DNA of 32,000 nt. It comes from Cereibacter sphaeroides 2.4.1. GTDB taxonomy: Bacteria; Pseudomonadota; Alphaproteobacteria; Rhodobacterales; Rhodobacteraceae. The notes under the pieces are model-generated. The model saw only the letters and a program-made list of their open reading frames with translations. It was not told the origin of the DNA and did not search any database. How positions within the stretch are numbered: the stretch's first letter is position 1; each line of letters starts with the position of its first letter. The stretch lies in the NCBI RefSeq assembly GCF_000012905.2, contig NC_007493.2, forward strand, positions 2,790,001 through 2,822,000, written 5' to 3'. Below are positions 25,477 to 32,000 of the stretch, piece by piece. A program made the translations under genes and the position numbers.

Positions 25477-26889
25477 TCAGGGCAACAGGCGTTGCAAAGT
25501 GCGCACCGCCGTCCTGACCACCCGACTATCAAAGAGCTTCGGGGAAAAATAGGCTCCTGCCGCGCGTTTCGACAGTTCGTTGAGCGTGGGATAGGGCAGC
25601 ACCAGACCCGCCACCGTCGAGAGCTTGGCGCCCGAGGCCAGCGCCATGGCCCAGAGGCCGATCATCTCGCCTGCGTGGGGGGCCACGATGGAGACGCCCA
25701 CCGGCCGGCCGCGCGCCACCATGAGCTTCACGAGCCCCTCCGTCGCGGCTTCCGCCTGCGCCCGGTCGCTGCCCGCAACCGGCACGCGCAGCACTTCCAG
25801 CCGGTCGCCGTGGATCTCGCGCGCCTGCGCCTCGGTCAGGCCGATCTGCGCCAGTTCCGGCTCCGTATAGGTGACATGCGGAATGAGCGCCGTGGCCTTC
25901 GAGGGCAGCCCGAACAGGATCGAGCGGATCACGACCGAGGCGTGATAGCCTGCGAGATGGGTGAACTGCGGCCCGCCTGCGGCATCGCCCACCGCATAGA
26001 TCCGCCGGTTCGAGGAGCGCAGATCGGGCCCGACCTTCACACCCTTCTCGGTCACCTCCACCCCGGCGGCCGCCGGATCGAGCGCGTCCAGCGCAGGCTT
26101 TCGGCCCGCGGCTACCAGAAGATGCGAGCCCGCGATGCGCCGGTCTCCGGCCGTCACCTCGAGGCCATGGGCCAGAGGCTGCACCGCCTCGGCCCGGGCG
26201 CCCTCGACGATCTCCACCCCCTCGGCCCGCAGCCGGTCGAGCAGGACGGCCGCCAGTTCGGGATCGTCCTTGGGCAGCGCCTTTTCCCCCGCGATCACCG
26301 TCACGCGAGAGCCCAGACGCCGGTGCGCCTGCGCCATCTCGATGCCGACCGGCCCGCCGCCGATCACGATCAGATGCTCCGGCCGTTCGCGAAGCGCGAA
26401 AATCGTCTCGTTCGTCAGGGCCTTGACCCGGTCGAGCCCAGGGATCGGCGGCAGGAGGGGCCGCGAACCGGTGGCGATCACGAAGCGGCGCGCCACCACC
26501 GTCCGCGCGCCCACGCGCAGTTCGGTCGGCGAGACGAAGCGGCCCCAGTCGCGCAGGACGCGCACGCCCAGCCCCTCGAACCGCTCCTGACTGTCATGCG
26601 GAGCGATGGCGGCGATGGTGCGCGCCACATGGTCCTTGACCGCGGCGAAGTCGATCTCGGGCTCGACCGGACGGATCCCGAAGGCCCCGGCCGTCCGCAT
26701 CGCCTGCGCGGCCTTGCCTGCGGCGAGCAGCGCCTTCGAGGGCACGCAGCCCGCGTTCAGGCAGTCGCCACCCATCTCGCCCGCCTCGACCAGCACCACC
26801 CGCGCGCCCATCTGCACCGCCCCGGCCGCGACCGACAGCCCGCCCGAGCCCGCGCCGATCACGCAGAGATCCGTCTCGATCCGCTCCAT
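25477..26889 (-). CDS. class I FAD-dependent pyridine nucleotide-disulfide oxidoreductase (dihydrolipoyl dehydrogenase / mercuric reductase-like)
   Basis: 470 aa with FAD fold VIGAGSGG, redox-active disulfide [16 protein letters not shown] fold [13 protein letters not shown] and C-terminal HAGE. The ATG abuts the stop of the upstream TVP38 gene (TGAATG). Confidence 0.9.
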   Translation of the reverse strand: MERIETDLCVIGAGSGGLSVAAGAVQMGARVVLVEAGEMGGDCLNAGCVPSKALLAAGKAAQAMRTAGAFGIRPVEPEIDFAAVKDHVARTIAAIAPHDSQERFEGLGVRVLRDWGRFVSPTELRVGARTVVARRFVIATGSRPLLPPIPGLDRVKALTNETIFALRERPEHLIVIGGGPVGIEMAQAHRRLGSRVTVIAGEKALPKDDPELAAVLLDRLRAEGVEIVEGARAEAVQPLAHGLEVTAGDRRIAGSHLLVAAGRKPALDALDPAAAGVEVTEKGVKVGPDLRSSNRRIYAVGDAAGGPQFTHLAGYHASVVIRSILFGLPSKATALIPHVTYTEPELAQIGLTEAQAREIHGDRLEVLRVPVAGSDRAQAEAATEGLVKLMVARGRPVGVSIVAPHAGEMIGLWAMALASGAKLSTVAGLVLPYPTLNELSKRAAGAYFSPKLFDSRVVRTAVRTLQRLLP

Positions 26890-27618
26890 TCACCGTCCCT
26901 TCCGTGCAAGTTTCAGGACGATAGGCAGCGCCGAGAGCGCGGCAAGGCCGAGAAGCGGCCCGAGCACCTGCGGCGTGAAGATGATGCCCAGATCCGGCGC
27001 TTCTCCGCGCGCGAGCACGGCGCCGAGGCCGGTGCCGACCGAGGTATAGACGAGCGCGCCGGGCAGGATGCCCAGCACCGTGGTCACGGCGAACCGGTGG
27101 AGCGGGACATTCAGGAAGGCCGGCAGGAGGTTCGCCACGAAGAAGGGCACCACGGGCACCAGCCGCATGAGAAACAGCACGGACCACTCGCTCTCGCGGA
27201 TGCCGGCCTGAAGGCGCGCGACCGCCCCGCCCTGCGCCTCGATCCGCTGCGAGAGCCGGGCGCCGAAGCCCGCCCGGGCCGCGAGGAACAGGAGCACCGC
27301 CCCCACCGACGCGGCCGCGACATTATAGAGCACGCCCGGAAAGAGCCCGAAGAGGAAGCCCCCCGTCAGGGTGCAGAGCAGCGAGCCCGGCAGGCTGAAG
27401 GTGACCACCGCCACGTAGGCCGCCAGAAAGGCCAGCACGGAGGCCCCGTAATGGGCATCGCGGAAGGCCAGAAGCGCCTCGCGGTGCTGCGCCAGCGCCT
27501 CGAAGGACAGCCGGTCGTGCAGCAGCACCGCCCCTCCCGCGGCCACGAGGAGAATCACGAGGATCGGCAGGCGGCGGAGAAGGTCGGCGGATCGGCGCGT
27601 CTGCAAGGGCGGCTCCAT
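26890..27618 (-). CDS. TVP38/TMEM64 (DedA-superfamily, SNARE-associated) membrane protein
   Basis: 242 aa polytopic membrane protein with [48 protein letters not shown], which is characteristic of TVP38/DedA proteins. Confidence 0.85.
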   Translation of the reverse strand: MEPPLQTRRSADLLRRLPILVILLVAAGGAVLLHDRLSFEALAQHREALLAFRDAHYGASVLAFLAAYVAVVTFSLPGSLLCTLTGGFLFGLFPGVLYNVAAASVGAVLLFLAARAGFGARLSQRIEAQGGAVARLQAGIRESEWSVLFLMRLVPVVPFFVANLLPAFLNVPLHRFAVTTVLGILPGALVYTSVGTGLGAVLARGEAPDLGIIFTPQVLGPLLGLAALSALPIVLKLARKGR

Positions 27619-27702
27619 GGGGTCGCGGTCAAGATGGGGTCTTGCCCGCGCGACGGCCAGTGCTGCGGCGCCGGGGGCCGGGATTTTCTTGAACCGGACG
27701 AA

Positions 27703-27731
27703 TTGACTTGGCTCCGCGTCGCCACTATGAG
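27703..27731 (+). promoter_or_regulatory. candidate sigma70-type promoter for rpmH-rnpA-yidD
   Basis: TTGACT (27703-27708), a 17-nt spacer, then TATGAG (27726-27731), about 68 nt upstream of the rpmH ATG. This is a consensus match by eye only. Confidence 0.4.
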
Positions 27732-27798
27732 GCGGGCTTCAAAGGAACGTGGCCTGCGAATCCGCGGGGGTTCCGGCTGCATACCTAGGAGATCCGCG

Positions 27799-27933
27799 AT
27801 GAAGCGCACTTTTCAACCGTCGAACCTGGTCCGCGCGCGTCGCCACGGCTTCCGCGCGCGCATGGCCACCAAGGGCGGCCGCCTCGTGCTGAACGCCCGC
27901 CGCGCCAAGGGCCGCAAGAAGCTCTCGGCCTGA
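27799..27933 (+). CDS. rpmH: 50S ribosomal protein L34
   Basis: 44 aa [44 protein letters not shown], with AGGAG 7 nt upstream. It forms the in-frame tail of a spurious 1315-aa track ORF. Confidence 0.95.
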   Translation: MKRTFQPSNLVRARRHGFRARMATKGGRLVLNARRAKGRKKLSA

Positions 27934-27955
27934 GCGACCGCAAGGGCCCAGTGAC

Positions 27956-28369
27956 ATGACGCCGCCGGAGGCCGGAGGGACAGGCAGCGATGCCGCGCCC
28001 GCCGGATCTCCGGCGGCGTCGGCACATCCCGCCCCCGAGATCCTGAGGAAACGCGCCGACTTCCTGCGCGCGGCCCAGGCGCGCCGGCAGGGCACGCCCG
28101 GCTTCCTGCTGCAGGCCCGCCGCCGCGAGGCGGAAGGCGGCATCCGGGTGGGCTTCACCTGCTCGAAGAAGGTGGGCAACGCCGTCCTCCGCAACCGCGC
28201 CAAGCGGCGGCTCAGGGCGATTGCGCGCGCGGTGCTGACGGTGCAGGGCCATGCCGGCTGGGACTATGTCCTCGTCGGCCGCCCCGGCGCCACGGTCGAG
28301 CGTCCCTATGCCGCCCTCCTCGCCGATCTCGAGCGCGCGCTCCGCCAGATCCACGGCGAGCGGGGATGA
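27956..28369 (+). CDS. rnpA: ribonuclease P protein component
   Basis: 137 aa with [11 protein letters not shown] and the RNR motif [17 protein letters not shown]. It has an Ala/Pro-rich N-terminal extension, so the start is somewhat uncertain. Confidence 0.9.
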   Translation: MTPPEAGGTGSDAAPAGSPAASAHPAPEILRKRADFLRAAQARRQGTPGFLLQARRREAEGGIRVGFTCSKKVGNAVLRNRAKRRLRAIARAVLTVQGHAGWDYVLVGRPGATVERPYAALLADLERALRQIHGERG

Positions 28370-28620
28370 GCCCGCTGGCGCAGGTCCTGGCCCTGCCCGT
28401 GCGGGCCTACCGCCTGCTTCTCAGCCCCTGGGTCGGCCATGGCTGCCGCTACCAGCCCACCTGTTCGGTCTATGCGCTCGACGCGCTGGAGCGGCACGGG
28501 GCGCTGAAGGGCGGCTGGCTGGCCGCCCGCCGCATTCTCAGCTGTCATCCCTGGGGCGGATCGGGCTACGATCCCGTGCCGGGCGCCGATCCCGAGCACG
28601 ACCGGCGCCCCCGCGGCTGA
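28366..28620 (+). CDS. yidD: membrane protein insertion efficiency factor YidD
   Basis: 84 aa with [33 protein letters not shown]. The ATG overlaps the rnpA stop (ATGA at 28366-28369). Confidence 0.92.
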   Translation: MSPLAQVLALPVRAYRLLLSPWVGHGCRYQPTCSVYALDALERHGALKGGWLAARRILSCHPWGGSGYDPVPGADPEHDRRPRG

Positions 28621-28646
28621 GCGTCCCCATCCCGCCGGAGACCCGC

Positions 28647-29525
28647 ATGTTCGACGATCAGGACGAGATCCATCCGCTGCTCGCCGGCGCCCCGCAGACG
28701 ACCGAGTTCCGCAAGCTGCGCAAGCGGATCGTGCGCGAGGTGCGCGAGGCCATCGAGACCTACGGCATGGTCGAGCGCGGCGCGCGCTGGCTGGTCTGCC
28801 TCTCGGGCGGCAAGGACAGCTACACCCTGCTCGCAGTGCTCCACGAGCTGAAATGGCGCGGTCTCCTGCCGGTGGATCTGCTGGCCTGCAACCTCGATCA
28901 GGGCCAGCCGGGCTTTCCCGCCACGGTCCTGCCCGAGTTCCTGAGCCGGATGGGGGTCCCGCACCGGATCGAATATCAGGACACCTATTCCATCGTCATG
29001 GACAAGATCCCGCAGGGGCGCACCTACTGCGCGCTCTGCTCGCGGCTCCGGCGCGGCAACCTCTACCGGATCGCGCGCGAGGAAGGCTGCTCGGCCGTGG
29101 TGCTGGGCCACCACCGAGACGACATCCTCGAGACCTTCTTCATGAACCTCTTCCACGGCGGCAGGCTGGCCACCATGCCGCCCAAGCTCGTGAACGAGGA
29201 CGGGGATCTCTTCGTCTACCGCCCGCTGGCCTTCGTGGCCGAGGCCGATTGCGAGAAGTTCGCCCGCGACATGGCCTATCCGATCATCCCCTGCGACCTC
29301 TGCGGCTCGCAGGAGGGCCTGCAACGCCAGCAGGTCAAGCAGATCCTCGACGGCTGGGAGGCACGGAGCCCCGGCCGGCGACAGGTGATGTTCCGCGCGC
29401 TGATGAATGCGCGCCCCTCGCACCTGCTCGACCCCGGCCTGTTCGACTTCCTCGGTCTCGCCACCGCCCCGCGCGCCTCCGAGGAGAGGCAGGACGAGCC
29501 GCCGCACCTTCGGGGCGAAGCTTAA
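28647..29525 (+). CDS. ttcA: tRNA 2-thiocytidine(32) synthetase TtcA
   Basis: ATG 28647 after GGAG. PP-loop CLSGGKDSY, cysteine pairs [10 protein letters not shown] and CDLCGSQ. The upstream part of the 424-aa track ORF overlaps rnpA and yidD out of frame. Confidence 0.92.
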   Translation: MFDDQDEIHPLLAGAPQTTEFRKLRKRIVREVREAIETYGMVERGARWLVCLSGGKDSYTLLAVLHELKWRGLLPVDLLACNLDQGQPGFPATVLPEFLSRMGVPHRIEYQDTYSIVMDKIPQGRTYCALCSRLRRGNLYRIAREEGCSAVVLGHHRDDILETFFMNLFHGGRLATMPPKLVNEDGDLFVYRPLAFVAEADCEKFARDMAYPIIPCDLCGSQEGLQRQQVKQILDGWEARSPGRRQVMFRALMNARPSHLLDPGLFDFLGLATAPRASEERQDEPPHLRGEA

Positions 29526-29598
29526 CCTTCCACTGAGATTCCCTTCGTAGGGTGTGCAGTCGGGGCCATGGCCCAGCCACCACGAAAAGGGGGTCGCA

Positions 29599-31125
29599 AT
29601 GCAGCTCTCGGGCCGATCATCCTCCGGTCTCGGACGCGCGGGACAGCTGCTGCGCCGGCCCGAGGTCCTGGCCTTCCTGCCCGCCCTGTCGCTGCTCGCC
29701 TACTGGCTCGGGGGCGAGCGGGCCCTCGTCTTTGTCGCACTCGGCCTGCCGCTGTTCTACGCGACGGTGGGCGCCTTCCGCCCGGCCGCGCCGTCCGTGA
29801 CGCCCGACGGGCTGGCGCTGCGCCCGCAGGTGATCGCGTCGCTCGACCGGGTGCTTCAGGACCGCGAAAGCACCGGACGGACGACGGCCTGCCTCGTGCT
29901 GCAGTTCGACGGGATGGACAAGCTTCTCGACCGGCACGGGCGTGCCACGCAGTCGGAGGTGCTGGCCCGCTGCTGCGACCGGCTGTGCAGCACCCTGCGC
30001 GAAGGCGACACGGTGGCCCGGCTGGAAGGCGGCGGCCTTGCCGTGGCCCTGCATCCGGTGCGCCGGCTCGACCTTCAGTCGGTGGTGCTGCTGGCGGGCC
30101 GTCTGCAAACCGCGATCGCGGCTCCGATCAGCGTGGAGGGCACGCGGATCCATGTGACCTGCTCGATCGGCTTCTGCCTGGCGGAGCGCACGCCCGCGCC
30201 CACCGGGCGTGCGCTGCTCGATGCGGCGCAGATGGCGGCAGACGAGGCCAGCCGGAACGGCCCCGGCGCCGTGCGCGCCTATGCCCTCGGCATGAGCCGC
30301 AACCGCGCCGACCGGGACGCCGACCGGGGGCTTCTGGAGACCGCCCTCGACACCGGCCAGTTCACGGGCTGGTTCCAGCCGCAGATCCGCACCGAGGACG
30401 GTGCCATAGGCGGGTTCGAGGTCCTCTCGCGCTGGCAGCATCCCGAGCGCGGACTGCTCCTCCCGCAGGATTTTCTGCCCGCCATCGAGCGGGCGGGCCT
30501 CTCCGAACGGCTGGGCGAGGTCATGCTCTTTCAGGCGCTCACCGCCCTGCGCCACTGGGACCGTGCCGGTCTCTGCGTCCCCTGCGTCGCGGTGAACTTC
30601 TCGGCCACCGATCTGCGCAACCCGCGCCTCGTCGACCGGCTGAAGTGGGAGCTCGACCGATTCGAGCTGACGCCCGCGCGCCTCTCGGTCGAGATCCTCG
30701 AGACGGTGGTCGCCGAGGGCGCGAGCGATGTCGTCGTTCACAACATCGCGGGCCTCTCCGCCTGCGGCTTCGGGGTCGATCTCGACGACTTCGGCACCGG
30801 CCACGCCTCGATCACCACGATCCGCCGCTTCGCCCTCCGGCGGCTGAAGATCGACCGCAGCTTCGTGACACGGGCCGATTCCGACGCGGCCCAGCGGACG
30901 ATGCTGGCCGCGATCATTTCCATGGCGCGACAACTCGGGCTCGAGACACTGGCTGAAGGCGTGGAAACGCCGGGAGAACTGGCCACGCTCACCGCCCTCG
31001 GCTGCGGCTACCTGCAGGGCTATGCCATCGCCCGCCCGATGCCGCTTTCGGACGCCACCGCCTGGCTCGAGAACCGGCGGGTGCGCCTGCCCCTTGCCGC
31101 CCGGTGCGCAACGCCCGGTTCCTGA
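29599..31125 (+). CDS. membrane-anchored degenerate-GGDEF / EAL protein (predicted c-di-GMP phosphodiesterase)
   Basis: ATG 29599 after AAAGGGGG. It has two N-terminal hydrophobic segments. The GGDEF domain carries EGGGL in place of GG(D/E)EF but keeps an RxxD (REGD) five residues upstream. The EAL domain has EVL, N (VNFS), EILE, DDFGTG, KIDRSF, EGVE and QGY. Confidence 0.9.
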   Translation: MQLSGRSSSGLGRAGQLLRRPEVLAFLPALSLLAYWLGGERALVFVALGLPLFYATVGAFRPAAPSVTPDGLALRPQVIASLDRVLQDRESTGRTTACLVLQFDGMDKLLDRHGRATQSEVLARCCDRLCSTLREGDTVARLEGGGLAVALHPVRRLDLQSVVLLAGRLQTAIAAPISVEGTRIHVTCSIGFCLAERTPAPTGRALLDAAQMAADEASRNGPGAVRAYALGMSRNRADRDADRGLLETALDTGQFTGWFQPQIRTEDGAIGGFEVLSRWQHPERGLLLPQDFLPAIERAGLSERLGEVMLFQALTALRHWDRAGLCVPCVAVNFSATDLRNPRLVDRLKWELDRFELTPARLSVEILETVVAEGASDVVVHNIAGLSACGFGVDLDDFGTGHASITTIRRFALRRLKIDRSFVTRADSDAAQRTMLAAIISMARQLGLETLAEGVETPGELATLTALGCGYLQGYAIARPMPLSDATAWLENRRVRLPLAARCATPGS

Positions 31126-31234
31126 CCCCCGGGCGGCACGGCGACCCCCGGTCGCTCACGGGGAAAAGCGCTTGACCTTTGCCCCCCCCTTCTGTTGAAC
31201 GGCCGCACCCCTGAACAGGAACCGCGTGTCTTTC

Positions 31235-32000
31235 ATGGACGATCAGAACAAGAACCTCATCCTGGCGACCGGACTCAGCTTCCTCGTGATCATGGTCTGG
31301 TTCTTCCTGTTCCCGCCCCCGGAGGCGGTGACGGAAGGCGAGCCCACGGTCGCGACGCAGCAAACCGCCGTGGCCCCCTCGGCCACCCCGGATGCTCCGA
31401 CGACCGCCGTGCCGCCGGACGCGGATCTGCCCGAGACCCAGCGTGTCGTCATCGACACGCCGCGGCTGCAGGGGTCGATCTCCATGCTGGGCGGGCGGCT
31501 CGACGACCTGTCGCTCAAGTCCTACCACGAGACGCTCGATCCGCAGTCGCAGATCGTCCGCCTGCTCTCGCCGGTGGGCCAGCCCAACGCCTATTACGCC
31601 CTTTACGGCTGGACCCCCGCCGGGGCGCTCGGCTACGAGGACGTGCCCGGCGCCAACACGACCTGGACCCAGGTCGGCAGCGGCGCGCTCGGCGTGGACC
31701 AGCCGGTGACGCTGCAGTGGGACAATGGCAAGGGTCTCGTCTTCACGCGGACGATCTCGGTCGATGACCATTACATGTTCAGCGTGGCGCAGACGGTCGA
31801 GAACAATTCCGGCCAGGCCGTCCAGCTCGCGCCGTACGGCATCGTCGCCCGCCATGGCAAGCCCCTGAACCTGCAGAATTTCTTCGTTCTTCACGAGGGT
31901 GTCGTCGGCCGCGCCGACGGCAAGCTCACCGAGACGAAATACGACAAGGTGGCCGAGCTGCCGCAGGTCGCGCGCGAAGGCGCGCAGGCCGAGGTGATCG
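31235..32000 (+). CDS. yidC: membrane protein insertase YidC (5' part; continues beyond the window)
   Basis: It is not in the ORF track because no stop is reached. My translation from ATG 31235 is MDDQNKNLILATGLSFLVIMVWFFLFPPPEA...RVVIDTPRLQGSISMLGGRLDDLSLKSYHETLD...QWDNGKGLVFTRTISVDDHYMF, a typical YidC N-terminus and periplasmic domain. The frame is open to 32000. Confidence 0.9.
   Translation, partial: MDDQNKNLILATGLSFLVIMVWFFLFPPPEAVTEGEPTVATQQTAVAPSATPDAPTTAVPPDADLPETQRVVIDTPRLQGSISMLGGRLDDLSLKSYHETLDPQSQIVRLLSPVGQPNAYYALYGWTPAGALGYEDVPGANTTWTQVGSGALGVDQPVTLQWDNGKGLVFTRTISVDDHYMFSVAQTVENNSGQAVQLAPYGIVARHGKPLNLQNFFVLHEGVVGRADGKLTETKYDKVAELPQVAREGAQAEVI

Noticed and set aside
23986-27933. 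1315-aa ORF on the plus strand, the longest in the window
   Set aside because: It runs antisense through the histidine kinase, oxidoreductase and TVP38 genes. Its composition is His/Arg/Gly/Pro-rich low complexity. Only its last 44 codons (27799-27933) are real, and they are rpmH with its own SD.

Overview
This is a GC-rich, tightly packed core-genome segment. Gene content points to a high-GC alphaproteobacterium, probably Rhodobacterales: an atpI-B-E-X-F type F0 operon with both b and b' subunits, MipZ, and an ffh to rpsP-rimM-trmD-rplS cluster carrying a chorismate mutase. That assignment is an inference from content only. I support 41 protein-coding genes (two of them partial at the window edges) and one tRNA-Arg(ACG). 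The main blocks, in order:
- polA with a zf-CHCC protein and a HIT protein.
- Adenosine kinase coupled to nth, with a divergent AraC-Ogt (Ada-like) gene.
- An OmpA-type lipoprotein and a FadR/GntR regulator.
- The F0 ATP synthase operon.
- An ArsR regulator, malonyl-CoA synthetase and mipZ.
- A roughly 7 kb minus-strand translation cluster: ffh, three GNATs, chorismate mutase, rpsP, rimM, an unknown membrane protein, trmD, rplS, rpmE.
- A secreted repeat protein with a divergent LysR regulator.
- tRNA-Arg.
- A TVP38/DedA, FAD disulfide oxidoreductase and orphan histidine kinase string.
- rpmH, rnpA, yidD, ttcA, a GGDEF-EAL gene and yidC. yidC is open at the window end and is absent from the supplied ORF track.

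I found no rRNA, CRISPR, transposase, integrase, phage or recognisable defence genes. Many very long ORFs in the track are antisense or out-of-frame artefacts of high GC content.

Nothing here looks like a self-contained novel system. The unexplained items worth a second look are:
- The ATGA-stitched triple GNAT plus chorismate mutase module inside the translation cluster.
- An unassignable membrane protein splitting rimM from trmD.
- An SD-sequestering hairpin with a 7-codon uORF overlapping the ArsR start.
- A 9-bp tandem repeat that starts at a stop codon.
- A 469-nt non-coding gap with inverted palindromic units.
- A TVP38, oxidoreductase and kinase string.
- A three-repeat secreted protein.
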